From NCBI GenBank assembly GCA_041659445.1, contig JBAZYG010000001.1, positions 390,001 to 422,000 of the forward strand: a stretch of 32,000 nt of DNA, in the 5' to 3' direction. This document shows positions 16,605-25,915 of the stretch, in pieces. A program made the position numbers and the translations under genes. This DNA is from Candidatus Saccharimonadota bacterium (GTDB taxonomy: Archaea; Nanobdellota; Nanobdellia; Pacearchaeales; GW2011-AR1). The notes beneath the pieces were generated by a model. The model made no database searches, was not told the origin of the DNA, and saw only the letters and a list, made by a program, of their open reading frames with translations. Within the stretch, counting starts at the first letter, position 1. Each line of letters begins with the position of its first letter.

Positions 16605-17090
16605 ATGGAATACAAACCTCAAGAAGAACCAATTGATTCATTGCCTTCAAAATATATTCGAGAATCTTTTATTCCTAAAACTATATATTTTGATTTCAAA
16701 AAAAAAGGCTTAAGTGAAACATTTTCTTTTGATAGCCCAATATGTTTGCAAGAGAGTATTATGTTTGATGTTACTAATAATTTAGGATATACTAAAATAA
16801 AGAAATCTGGAAGACCAATAACAACAATTGACGGACTTCAAAAGCATCTTGAAAAAATGAATAAAAAAGTTTTTGAAAATATAGATGGTCTAAAAAGACA
16901 AAAAGAATATCTCTTATTAGATTCATTAAATGAGGCATACAAGGGGTTAGTGGAAGTAATGAAACATCTGGAAAAACAAAATAGGCATTTTGATAGATTA
17001 ATTAATGAAATAGAGATACATTCACAAGGCACTCCAAAAAAAGAACAAAAGAGTTTAGTTAATAGAATAATTGATTGGTTAATAGAATAA
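16605..17090 (+). CDS. hypothetical protein
   Basis: 161-aa ORF with a gtttataaata box about 25 nt upstream. Its 3' end lies inside a 20-bp tandem duplication. Confidence 0.5.
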   Translation: MEYKPQEEPIDSLPSKYIRESFIPKTIYFDFKKKGLSETFSFDSPICLQESIMFDVTNNLGYTKIKKSGRPITTIDGLQKHLEKMNKKVFENIDGLKRQKEYLLLDSLNEAYKGLVEVMKHLEKQNRHFDRLINEIEIHSQGTPKKEQKSLVNRIIDWLIE

Positions 17091-17098
17091 TTGATGGG
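17059..17098 (+). repeat. 20-bp tandem duplication (ttaatagaataattgattgg / ttaatagaataattgatggg)
   Basis: Two adjacent copies with one mismatch; read directly from the sequence. Confidence 0.9.
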
Positions 17099-17135
17099 TT
17101 AACATTTGATTAATTCTATCTTTGATTATATAAAT

Positions 17136-17144
17136 CTTTAAAAA
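17136..17144 (+). promoter_or_regulatory. TATA box (ctttaaaaa)
   Basis: Ends 23 nt upstream of ATG 17167. Confidence 0.55.
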
Positions 17145-17166
17145 TGAATTAAAAGATTATTAGAAT

Positions 17167-17541
17167 ATGAAAAAAATTACTTTAGGATTATTTGGGTTAC
17201 TTGCAATAGTTTTTTCTTTAGAGATAAAGGATGAAATAAAATTTGGTAAAAAACAAAATAAAGCAGATTTAATAATTGAATATTCTGAAAACAATGGAAA
17301 AAAATGTACTGTAGCAGGATTTTATAGTCGTGATAGCTTGGATAGTGTTATGGTTAAAGAACATACAAAATATCTTGACCCTTATTTCGAAATTAACAAA
17401 AATAAAATTTTGTATCCTGAAAATAAATCATTTGATTTTTACAAAGAAAAATTATCTAAAAATTTAGCTGGAACAATGAGCTCAGAAGAAATAAAAAAAA
17501 CTAAGAATAATTTAGAATTAACACCTTTTCAAGAAAATTAA
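17167..17541 (+). CDS. hypothetical secreted or membrane-anchored protein
   Basis: N-terminal signal-like segment MKKITLGLFGLLAIVFSL. Confidence 0.5.
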   Translation: MKKITLGLFGLLAIVFSLEIKDEIKFGKKQNKADLIIEYSENNGKKCTVAGFYSRDSLDSVMVKEHTKYLDPYFEINKNKILYPENKSFDFYKEKLSKNLAGTMSSEEIKKTKNNLELTPFQEN

Positions 17542-17542
17542 A

Positions 17543-17848
17543 ATGCATGAAGAAAAGTTATCTGATTTAGAAATTAAATTAATTAATACGACTCTAAAAT
17601 TTTTAAAAAACACAAATCATTCTATGGAGTTTTATAAGGACAATAAAACTAATTCTTCTTCTATTACATTAAGAGCAGACGATGGACAAAGTATGGATTA
17701 TGCTTGTATTACTTATTCAGGAAATGCTGAAAAAGACGAAATAAAATTTGAGGGACCCAAACATTATTCTAAAGAAATAAAAAAGAAATACAAAATCTTC
17801 TTAATTAAAGAAATTCCAGAAATAAAAAATAGAATTAAAGAAGTTTAG
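17543..17848 (+). CDS. hypothetical protein
   Basis: Its ATG lies 1 nt after the stop of the preceding gene, suggesting translational coupling. There is no signal peptide. Confidence 0.5.
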   Translation: MHEEKLSDLEIKLINTTLKFLKNTNHSMEFYKDNKTNSSSITLRADDGQSMDYACITYSGNAEKDEIKFEGPKHYSKEIKKKYKIFLIKEIPEIKNRIKEV

Positions 17849-17862
17849 TTTCTTTTCAAAAA

Positions 17863-17871
17863 TCTTAAAAA
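17863..17871 (+). promoter_or_regulatory. TATA box (tcttaaaaa)
   Basis: Ends 22 nt upstream of ATG 17893 (ileS). Confidence 0.55.
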
Positions 17872-17892
17872 CACACATTATCTAATTCTATC

Positions 17893-20718
17893 ATGTATGA
17901 TTTTAAAGAAATTCAAAATAAAGCAAGAGAAATCTGGAAAATTCACGATAAAGAAATAAAAAAAGCTCTTCAAGATGATTCAAAAAAACCTTTGTTTAGT
18001 TTTTTAGAAGGCCCTCCGACAGCAAATGCTGCTCCAGGATTGCATCATTTAGAAGTCAGAACTTTTAAAGATGTTATTTGCAAATTCAAATTTATGAACG
18101 GTTTTTCTGTTCCAAGAAAAGGAGGGTGGGATTGCCATGGATTACCTGTTGAAGTTCAAGTTGAAAAAAAATTAGGATTAAATTCAAAAAAAGATATTTT
18201 AAATTATGGTGAAACTAAATTTATACAAAATTGCAAAACAGATGTTTTCTCAAATATTAAAGAATGGAATAAATCAACAGAAGAATTAGGATATTGGATT
18301 GATTTAGAAAATCCGTACAAAACTTTAGATAATAATTATATTGAAAGTGTTTGGTGGGCTTTGAGTGAATTGTATAAAAAAAATTTATTGTATGAAGGTT
18401 TTAAAGTCGTGCACTTTTGCCCGAGATGCCAAACTCCTTTGTCAAGTCATGAAGTTGCTCAAGGATATAAAGATGTTAAAGAAGAATCTGTTTATATTGC
18501 GTTCAAATTAAAAAATGAAAAAAATTCCTATATTCTTGCATGGACAACAACACCTTGGACACTTCCAGGAAATGTTGCTTTAGCAATAGGTAATAAAATA
18601 GATTATGTAAAAGTTAAACTTTCAGACGGAGATGAACTGATTTTAGGAAAAGAGAAAGTAGATTTAATTAAAGGAAATTATAAAATTATTAAAGAATTCA
18701 AAAGAAAAGATTTAATTGGATTAGAATATGAACCTTTGTTTGATATTCCAGAATTGAAAAATAATAATTCTTATAAAATTATCAGTGCAGATTTTGTAAC
18801 AACAGAAGATGGAACAGGAGTTGTTCATACTGCAGGAATGTATGGTGAAGATGATTACAATGTTTGCAAAGAAAATGATTTGCCTTTAATTCACACAGTT
18901 AATGAAGACGGGACGTTTAATGAACTTGTTCCAAAATGGAAAGGTAAATTTGTAAAATCTGTTGAAAAAGAAATTATTGAAGATTTGAAAAAAAGACATT
19001 TACTTTTCAAAACTGAAAAATTCGAACACTCTTATCCTTTTTGCTGGAGATGTGACTCGCCTTTGTTATATTATGCTATTAAATCTTGGTTTATTGCAGT
19101 AACAAATGTTAAAGATAAATTAGTTCAATTAAATTCAAAAATAAATTGGTATCCAAACCATATTCAAGACGGGAGATTTGGAGTTTGGCTTGAAAATATT
19201 AAAGATTGGAACTTATCTAGATTTAAATTTTGGGGAACTCCCTTACCTGTTTGGCGATGCACTAATGAAGAATGTAATGAAGAAAAAATAATTGGAAGTG
19301 TTGAAGAACTAAAAAAATATTCAACAAAACATTTTAATGAATATGATTTACATAGGCCTTGGATTGATGAAATAAAAATAAAATGCAAATGCGGAAAAGA
19401 AATGATTAGAGTTCCGGATGTTATTGATTGCTGGTTTGATTCTGGAAGTGCTACTTTTGCACAATTCCATTACCCTTTCGAGAATAAAAAAGAATTTGAA
19501 AAAAGATTTCCATATGATTTTATTTCAGAGGCTATTGATCAAACAAGAGGGTGGTTTTATACAATGCATGCAATTTCAACAATGTTATTTCAAGACATTT
19601 CTTATAAAAATGTAATTTGTGCTGGGCACATTGTCGATGAAAACGGAGAAAAAATGTCAAAATCAAAAGGAAATATTATAAAACCTGAAGAAATTTTTAA
19701 TCAGGCAGGAATCGATGCTGTTAGGTTGCAATTTTGCACTACAGACCCAGGTAATTTCAAAAGATTTTCTTTGAACATGGTTAAAGAAAGTGTTCTTCCG
19801 TTTTTAACAATTTTAACAAATTCTCAAAAGTATTACTTGCAATTAGAAGATAAAAAGAACAACCTAAAAATTGAGGATAAATGGATTTTGAGCAAACTTA
19901 ATTCTTTAATAAAAAGTACAACAGAAAATTTAGAAAATTATTCTTTAGACAAAGCTCTTCTTGAAATTATAGATTTTGTAACAAATGATTTATCTAGAGG
20001 ATATATTCGATTAACTAGAGAAAGAAATGATACTAAGGAAATTATTAAAGAAATACTAGAAAAAGTTTCACTTCTTTTAGCACCTTATGCTCCTTATGTC
20101 AGCGAATATATTTATTCTGAATTTGAAAACAAACAATCTGTTCACTTATCAAACTGGCCAAAAATTGAAATAAAAGAAATTGACAAAGAACTTGAAAAAG
20201 AATTTGAAAATATTTTAAAAATAATTGAAATGGGATTATCTGAAAGAGATAAATCCGGAATTGGATTGAAATGGCCATTAAATTTAGTTACAATTTATTG
20301 CAATAAAAAAGTTCCAGAAAAATATAATGAAATAATTCAAAATCAATTAAACGTAAAAAATATTGAATATGTTTTTAATAAAGAAGAAAACATCCAAGTA
20401 AAATTAGACACTCAAATAACTCCTGAACTTGAAGAAGAAGGTTATTGTCGTGAAATGTCTAGAAAAGTTCAAGCATTCAGAAAAGAAATTGGACTTGAAA
20501 AAACAGAGAAAATTGATTTAATTATTTATTGCAGTAAAAAATTGAAGAAAATATTTGAAAAACAAAAGAATTTTATTTTGGATAGAACAAATTCAAAAAA
20601 AATTGAAATTACCGAAGGGGAATCAAAAGAAAAAACAAATTTAATAACAGAATTTAAAATAAAACAAGAAATTGGAAACATCCAAATTGTTAGAGTAACT
20701 AGGAGTAACAAAGAATAG
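17893..20718 (+). CDS. ileS: isoleucyl-tRNA synthetase
   Basis: GPPTANAAPGLHH (HIGH region), WTTTPWTLPGN (editing/CP1 block), CPRC and CWRC zinc knuckles, DQTRGWFY and KMSKSKGN. Confidence 0.95.
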   Translation: MYDFKEIQNKAREIWKIHDKEIKKALQDDSKKPLFSFLEGPPTANAAPGLHHLEVRTFKDVICKFKFMNGFSVPRKGGWDCHGLPVEVQVEKKLGLNSKKDILNYGETKFIQNCKTDVFSNIKEWNKSTEELGYWIDLENPYKTLDNNYIESVWWALSELYKKNLLYEGFKVVHFCPRCQTPLSSHEVAQGYKDVKEESVYIAFKLKNEKNSYILAWTTTPWTLPGNVALAIGNKIDYVKVKLSDGDELILGKEKVDLIKGNYKIIKEFKRKDLIGLEYEPLFDIPELKNNNSYKIISADFVTTEDGTGVVHTAGMYGEDDYNVCKENDLPLIHTVNEDGTFNELVPKWKGKFVKSVEKEIIEDLKKRHLLFKTEKFEHSYPFCWRCDSPLLYYAIKSWFIAVTNVKDKLVQLNSKINWYPNHIQDGRFGVWLENIKDWNLSRFKFWGTPLPVWRCTNEECNEEKIIGSVEELKKYSTKHFNEYDLHRPWIDEIKIKCKCGKEMIRVPDVIDCWFDSGSATFAQFHYPFENKKEFEKRFPYDFISEAIDQTRGWFYTMHAISTMLFQDISYKNVICAGHIVDENGEKMSKSKGNIIKPEEIFNQAGIDAVRLQFCTTDPGNFKRFSLNMVKESVLPFLTILTNSQKYYLQLEDKKNNLKIEDKWILSKLNSLIKSTTENLENYSLDKALLEIIDFVTNDLSRGYIRLTRERNDTKEIIKEILEKVSLLLAPYAPYVSEYIYSEFENKQSVHLSNWPKIEIKEIDKELEKEFENILKIIEMGLSERDKSGIGLKWPLNLVTIYCNKKVPEKYNEIIQNQLNVKNIEYVFNKEENIQVKLDTQITPELEEEGYCREMSRKVQAFRKEIGLEKTEKIDLIIYCSKKLKKIFEKQKNFILDRTNSKKIEITEGESKEKTNLITEFKIKQEIGNIQIVRVTRSNKE

Positions 20719-20739
20719 TTACTTTTAGACAATAGCAAT

Positions 20740-20748
20740 CTTTAAAAA
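20740..20748 (+). promoter_or_regulatory. TATA box (ctttaaaaa)
   Basis: Ends 23 nt upstream of ATG 20771. Confidence 0.55.
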
Positions 20749-20770
20749 GGAAAAAGAACATTATAATAAC

Positions 20771-21577
20771 ATGATTGTGAAAGAAGAATTTTTAAGCAGA
20801 CTGAGAAAAATCTTTGATTTAAATTTATACGAAGTAAAAGTTTGGGCAGCTTTGCTTTCAAGAGGAACTTCTACAGCTGGAGAACTAAGTAATATTTCTG
20901 ATGTTCCAAGATCAAGAACTTATGATATTTTAGAGAGTTTAGAAAAAAAAGGATTTATTGTAATGAAAGTTGGAAAACCAATTAAGTTTGTTGCATTAAA
21001 ACCAGCAGAAGTTGTTGAAAGAGTTAAAAAAAATTTATTGGTTCAAGCTAAAGAAAGAACTCAAAGACTTGAAAAATTGAAGAACGATGAAGTTTTAGAA
21101 GAATTAAATTCTTTATTCACAAAAGGAGTTAAATTTGTTGAGCCTTCTGATTTATCTGGAAGTTTGAAAGGAAGACAAAATTTATACAATCATATGGATA
21201 TGATGGTAAGAGATGCTGAAAAAACAATTACACTTATTACAACTGCAGAAGGTTTGAATAGAAAACTTGAAGCTTTAATGCCAAGTTTAGATAAAGCTAA
21301 AAAAAGAGGAGTTAGAATAAGAATTGCTGCTCCTATTGATAATAATAATTTAAAAGTTGCAAAAGAATTAAAAAAAGTTGCAGAAGTTAGAAATATGCAA
21401 AATATCAAAGCAAGATTTATGATTATTGATAGTAATCAAGTTATGTTTATGCTTCTTGATGATGAAAAATTCCATCCAAATTATGATGTTGGAGTTTGGA
21501 TTAATACTGATTTCTTTGCTCAAGCTTTAGAAAAAATGTTTGAACTTGCTTGGAAAGACATGAAACAAGTTAAGTAA
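20771..21577 (+). CDS. TrmB-family transcriptional regulator
   Basis: The N-terminal winged helix LYEVKVWAALLSRGTSTAGELSNISDVPRSRTYDILESLEKKGFI is the TrmB signature. A C-terminal effector-like domain follows. Confidence 0.85.
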   Translation: MIVKEEFLSRLRKIFDLNLYEVKVWAALLSRGTSTAGELSNISDVPRSRTYDILESLEKKGFIVMKVGKPIKFVALKPAEVVERVKKNLLVQAKERTQRLEKLKNDEVLEELNSLFTKGVKFVEPSDLSGSLKGRQNLYNHMDMMVRDAEKTITLITTAEGLNRKLEALMPSLDKAKKRGVRIRIAAPIDNNNLKVAKELKKVAEVRNMQNIKARFMIIDSNQVMFMLLDDEKFHPNYDVGVWINTDFFAQALEKMFELAWKDMKQVK

Positions 21578-21593
21578 TTTTAAATATTAATAA

Positions 21594-21601
21594 AAGGAGG
21601 T
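21594..21601 (+). promoter_or_regulatory. Shine-Dalgarno-like site (aaggaggt)
   Basis: Lies 3 nt upstream of ATG 21605, which starts 27 nt after the TrmB stop. Confidence 0.55.
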
Positions 21602-21604
21602 AAG

Positions 21605-22006
21605 ATGAAAAATAAATATATTCCAGTAGGTGTTAAAGTAATTTCTATTTTGTACTATATTGGAGTTGTGGGATTGGTTGCATTAGCAATTCTCTCATTT
21701 ATTGGAACTAAAGCAATAGGATTAATTATGCCAGTACCAGAGCTTTTAACTTCAAGCATATTAATTGTAATGGGCATCATTTTCCTTGCATTTGCTGTTT
21801 TGAGTTTTTTTATAGGATATGGGTTATGGAAATCTCAAAAATGGGCTAGAATAGTTGCAATAATTTTTGCAATAATCGGAGTGATAATGTATATTATCTC
21901 ACTTGTTGGACAATTTACTGTATCACCTTTAATCATGCTAATAATTGATTCTGCAATTGCAGGATACCTTTTATTTGCTAAAGAAGTAAAAAAAGCATTT
22001 GCTTAA
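21605..22006 (+). CDS. small integral membrane protein (paralog of 10424-10825)
   Basis: 133 aa with the same four-helix layout and the central motif GLWKSQKWARIVAIIFAIIGVI. Confidence 0.6.
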   Translation: MKNKYIPVGVKVISILYYIGVVGLVALAILSFIGTKAIGLIMPVPELLTSSILIVMGIIFLAFAVLSFFIGYGLWKSQKWARIVAIIFAIIGVIMYIISLVGQFTVSPLIMLIIDSAIAGYLLFAKEVKKAFA

Positions 22007-22076
22007 ACTTCTTTTTAATTTTTTCTTATTTTTTCATTATAATAATTTTTATAAACTAACTAAATTATGAAAAGTT

Positions 22077-22400
22077 ATGAAAGACAAAAATTTTAAAGAA
22101 AATAATTTAATAGAAAAACTACCTATAAGAAATTTTATACTTCTTTTAGCTTCAATATCTTTTTATGGGTTGGCAATATTTTCTCAAAAAAAAGAATGCA
22201 AAGAAAATGAATTACAACAAATTAGTTCTAATCTTAATCATGTAAATTATGAAATGGATAGTTTAAAAAATTTAAAATTAAATTATCAAACAAATATAAA
22301 CTCAGCAAATGTTTTTGGTGAAGAAATTGAAGCATGGAATTTAGAATTAAAAAAACTTCAAAATAAAAAAGATTCTTTAGAAAATTTAACTAGAAATTAA
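22077..22400 (+). CDS. hypothetical protein (N-terminal TM plus coiled coil)
   Basis: 107-aa ORF with the hydrophobic segment FILLLASISFYGLAIF and an atttttataaact box upstream. Confidence 0.45.
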   Translation: MKDKNFKENNLIEKLPIRNFILLLASISFYGLAIFSQKKECKENELQQISSNLNHVNYEMDSLKNLKLNYQTNINSANVFGEEIEAWNLELKKLQNKKDSLENLTRN

Positions 22401-22448
22401 TTCTCTTAAATATAAATTCTTATAAACTATAATTACTAAAATTATTTA

Positions 22449-22730
22449 ATGAAGGAAATAAGTCTTAAAGAAGCTCAAGAAAAAGAATTTAAATTATTGT
22501 GCACAGATTCTTTTAACGCGGATTATTTGGAAGAAAATGGGGAAGAAAAAGCTTTAACTTTAGAACATCCGAATGCAACACATTACACTTTTTCAGGACA
22601 GGAGATTTTTGAAGATAAAAAAATCATAGGAAGAAGAATGGAAAAAATAGGTAGAACTACTGTATTTGTTCCAAAATGGGAATACGAATTAAAAGAAAGA
22701 AATTATTATTTAATTTGGTCTGAACATTAA
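22449..22730 (+). CDS. hypothetical protein
   Basis: 93-aa ORF with a ttcttataaact box upstream. Confidence 0.45.
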   Translation: MKEISLKEAQEKEFKLLCTDSFNADYLEENGEEKALTLEHPNATHYTFSGQEIFEDKKIIGRRMEKIGRTTVFVPKWEYELKERNYYLIWSEH

Positions 22731-22791
22731 TTCTTTTATCTAGTTGATTTATGTGATTAAAATATAGGTAATTAATCATCTTGAAAAATAA

Positions 22792-23376
22792 CTAAAGAAT
22801 TTGCCCATTAAAATTAGAATTAAAATCTTTAACAATTTGATTATCTTCATCAAAAAAATCAACTATAATAATTGCTTTTTCATAAGCACGATAATACCTT
22901 TTATCAGTAACTTTCACATAATTTACTTTGGATGCAACAAACCTCACTTGCCGATCATTATCGTCTTCAAAAAGTCCGCCTTCTTTTAGGGAATCAATTA
23001 TGTTCTTTGTATAGTTATCTACATCCCTATCTTTGTGGGTATTAACTAAAAGATATTTTATTAAAATTTGTATTGGTTTGTTTTTTATTTCTTCGCAGAT
23101 TGATTTTGTATTTTTTGATTTTTTTAATTTATCAACAATTATTTTTCTCATTCTCTTTCCTGCTTTTGTTTGAAAACTTGCAGGATATGCATCTGGCATT
23201 AACCACCAAAGGTGTTTCCCCTTTGGACAAGAATCAAAAGAATCTTTATGTATTATTGAAATTCCTCTTGAAGAAACTCCTTTTTTGAGGATATTCATCT
23301 TAACTTTTTCACTTCTTCTTTTTGGAATTTTTACATTGGGAAAATTACTCATAACTAATTCTCTCATAGTTACCAT
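22792..23376 (-). CDS. RusA-like Holliday-junction resolvase domain protein
   Basis: DVDNYTKNIIDSLKEGGLFEDDNDRQV matches the RusA core, which in E. coli RusA (from memory) reads [25 protein letters not shown]. The N-terminal ~50 aa are extra. Confidence 0.65.
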   Translation of the reverse strand: MVTMRELVMSNFPNVKIPKRRSEKVKMNILKKGVSSRGISIIHKDSFDSCPKGKHLWWLMPDAYPASFQTKAGKRMRKIIVDKLKKSKNTKSICEEIKNKPIQILIKYLLVNTHKDRDVDNYTKNIIDSLKEGGLFEDDNDRQVRFVASKVNYVKVTDKRYYRAYEKAIIIVDFFDEDNQIVKDFNSNFNGQIL

Positions 23377-23377
23377 T

Positions 23378-24043
23378 TTATCTAATTTTCATGTGTGTTT
23401 TTTTGTGACAAACCCCACAGAGAACGACTAAATTATTCACTTGATTATTTGAAGAATCTTCATCTTTATGATGAATGTGAAGACCTTCTGTTTTCCCACA
23501 AACAGCACATTCATTATTAAATTTGCCAAAGACCATTTCCTTTTCATCATTTGTTAAAAATTTTCTTTTAGCCTTAACTTTCCCATAAATCTTTTTCTCA
23601 GCTTCTTCTCTTATTTTTCTTTTTTCTTGTCTTTCCAAAATTTTATTTGATTCTATTTTTATAAGTTCATCACTTACAAGTTCATTTATTGCTTTTTCAA
23701 TATTATAATCTTTATTTATTACCTTCTTTATCACATTTTCTTTATTAAAATAGGAAATTCTTTGCTTAGATCTTTTTAGCTTCAAATATTCTTTTGCCTT
23801 AACAACTAATTGTTCTGGAGCAAATTTATCTTCTTGATGCCAATCTAAATGAGGCTCTTTTGATTCATTAGAAAGTTTGATGTAATTAATTATCTCTTTA
23901 ATTGCTTTCATTTCTTTTTTACTTCTTTGGTTTCTTTCTTTTATTTCTATTTCTTTTAAATAACAAGATTTGCATTTACCAGAAAACATATAACTATACT
24001 CTTCAAACTTTGTATAACATACTGAACAATTATAAAACCCCAT
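23378..24043 (-). CDS. HNH endonuclease with an N-terminal Cys4 ribbon
   Basis: C-terminus CAVCGKTEGLHIHHKDEDSSNNQVNNLVVLCGVCHKKTH (HNH). N-terminus CSVC...CKSC. ATG 24043 is preferred over the TTG at 24064. The stop lies 1 nt from the RusA-like start. Confidence 0.8.
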   Translation of the reverse strand: MGFYNCSVCYTKFEEYSYMFSGKCKSCYLKEIEIKERNQRSKKEMKAIKEIINYIKLSNESKEPHLDWHQEDKFAPEQLVVKAKEYLKLKRSKQRISYFNKENVIKKVINKDYNIEKAINELVSDELIKIESNKILERQEKRKIREEAEKKIYGKVKAKRKFLTNDEKEMVFGKFNNECAVCGKTEGLHIHHKDEDSSNNQVNNLVVLCGVCHKKTHMKIR

Positions 24044-24106
24044 TAAATAAAAAAGAAAGAACAATATTTAATATTTTCTAATTTGTAAAAAATCCAATAA
24101 TTAGAA

Positions 24107-25819
24107 TCACATTTCTTCTAAAACATCAATTCCAATTAAATAAAGTCCAGATTTTATTACATCCCTAAAAGTTTTAACAATATTCAATCTGAAAAACTCT
24201 TTATCTGAACCAATAACAGGACAAGCATGATAAAATTCATTAAACAATTGAGATAATTCATAAACATAATTTGAGATTAAACTTGGATTTAAATCATTTG
24301 CAGATTTTGAGATTATCAACGGAAATTCAGACATTTTTTTTATGACAAGAAATTCATTTGGTTCAATTTTATCAATTTCTTTTTTTGCATTTTGTTCGAT
24401 TTTTGCTTTTTTCAAAATTGAACTTGCACGAGCATAAGAATACTGAATGTATGGTCCTGTATCTCCTTCAAAATTTATTGAATTTTTTGGGTCAAAAACC
24501 ATATTTTTTCGAATATCTGTTTTAAGCAGAATATATTTTATTGCTGCTAAAGAAATTATTAAACTTCTTTTTTCAAGTTGAACATTTGAAAGTTTTGCCC
24601 TTTCAATTAATTCTTTTTTAACAAGATTCTGAACTTTTTCAATTAAATCATCTGCGTCAACAACTGTTCCTTCACGAGATTTCATTTTTCCTTCTGGCAA
24701 AAAAACCATTCCATAAGAAAGGTGATTTAATTTATCTTTTGATGTAATTCCTAATTTTTCAAGTAATTCAAAAAGAACATTAAAATGATAATCTTGTTCG
24801 TTTCCAACAACATAAATTAATTCGTCTAGTTTATATTTTTCAAAACGAGATTTTGCTAAATACAAATCCTGAGTAATATAAATTGAAGTTCCGTCTGCTC
24901 TTAACAAAACTTTTTCTCCTAAATTCTTTTTTCGCAAATCATAAATAATTGCTCCTGATTTGTCTTTTTTAAATATTCCTTTGTTCAACCCATCAAAAAC
25001 AATTTCTTTACCTTTTTTGTAAATTTTACTTTCATAATCTTCAACTTGATGTTTAATTCCAAATTTAGAATAAGTTTTTTCAAAACCTTTTAATGCCCAG
25101 TTATTCATTTTTTTCCAAAGAGCCAATGTTTTTTTATCTCCTTCTTCATATTTTTGTAAAAGTCGATGAGATAAAATTTCTAAATCATTATCTGTTTTTG
25201 ATTTTTCATTGAACTTAACATAAAACTCTCCAACAAAATGATCTCCTTTTATTTTTCCTGGGACCTTATTTTTTCCAAACTTAGAATATGCAGCCATTGA
25301 TTTACAAATGTGAATTCCTCTATCATTGTTTAAATTTGCCCTTATTACTTTATATCCTGAAAATTCTAAAATTCTTGAAACACTTTCTCCAATTGCCATA
25401 TTTCTTAAATGTCCCAAATGTAACGGCTTGTTTGTATTTGGAGAAGGAAATTCAACCATTATTGTTTTTTTGTCTTTTTCAGTATTCAAAATCTTTCCAA
25501 ATTTTTCTTTTTTTTGTAAAATTCCTTGAAGAAAATTGAAAGAAAAATTTAATTTATTCACGAAAAAATTAATATATGGTCCAACTGCTTGGATATCTTC
25601 AAAAATATTTTTATCAAATTCAATTTTTTGTCTTACATTAACTGCAATTTCATGAGGAGCAGTTTTCAGAATTTTTGCAAGAAAAAAACAAGGAAATGCA
25701 TAATCACCTAATTCATAATTTTTTGGAATTTCAATAATTTCTTCAATTTCAGAATCTTTTAATTTTAAATCTAATTCCTTAAATGCATTTTGAAGAATTT
25801 TTACAACCTCTGATTTCAT
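24107..25819 (-). CDS. argS: arginyl-tRNA synthetase
   Basis: The block EFPSPNTNKPLHLGHLRNMAIG, the Arg-specific N-terminal domain, the C-terminal DALR-like anticodon-binding region and the length of 570 aa. Confidence 0.95.
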   Translation of the reverse strand: MKSEVVKILQNAFKELDLKLKDSEIEEIIEIPKNYELGDYAFPCFFLAKILKTAPHEIAVNVRQKIEFDKNIFEDIQAVGPYINFFVNKLNFSFNFLQGILQKKEKFGKILNTEKDKKTIMVEFPSPNTNKPLHLGHLRNMAIGESVSRILEFSGYKVIRANLNNDRGIHICKSMAAYSKFGKNKVPGKIKGDHFVGEFYVKFNEKSKTDNDLEILSHRLLQKYEEGDKKTLALWKKMNNWALKGFEKTYSKFGIKHQVEDYESKIYKKGKEIVFDGLNKGIFKKDKSGAIIYDLRKKNLGEKVLLRADGTSIYITQDLYLAKSRFEKYKLDELIYVVGNEQDYHFNVLFELLEKLGITSKDKLNHLSYGMVFLPEGKMKSREGTVVDADDLIEKVQNLVKKELIERAKLSNVQLEKRSLIISLAAIKYILLKTDIRKNMVFDPKNSINFEGDTGPYIQYSYARASSILKKAKIEQNAKKEIDKIEPNEFLVIKKMSEFPLIISKSANDLNPSLISNYVYELSQLFNEFYHACPVIGSDKEFFRLNIVKTFRDVIKSGLYLIGIDVLEEM

Positions 25820-25915
25820 GTCTTTATTAAGAAAATTGCATTAATAAAATTTGGGGTTTGAATATATCCTTTGAAGTGCACTTAATTTTAAAAAGAATTA
25901 AATTTTAAAAAAAAG

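Noticed and set aside
22077-24064. Calling the RusA/HNH region an integrated virus or mobile element
   Set aside because: I could find no integrase, transposase, capsid or terminase genes and no flanking direct repeats in the window. I kept it as a finding only, not as a mobile_element feature.
24044-24064. TTG start at 24064 for the HNH gene (MFFLFYL...)
   Set aside because: ATG at 24043 (MGFYNCSVCY...) starts directly at the Cys4 ribbon. It leaves room for an A/T-rich promoter box upstream.
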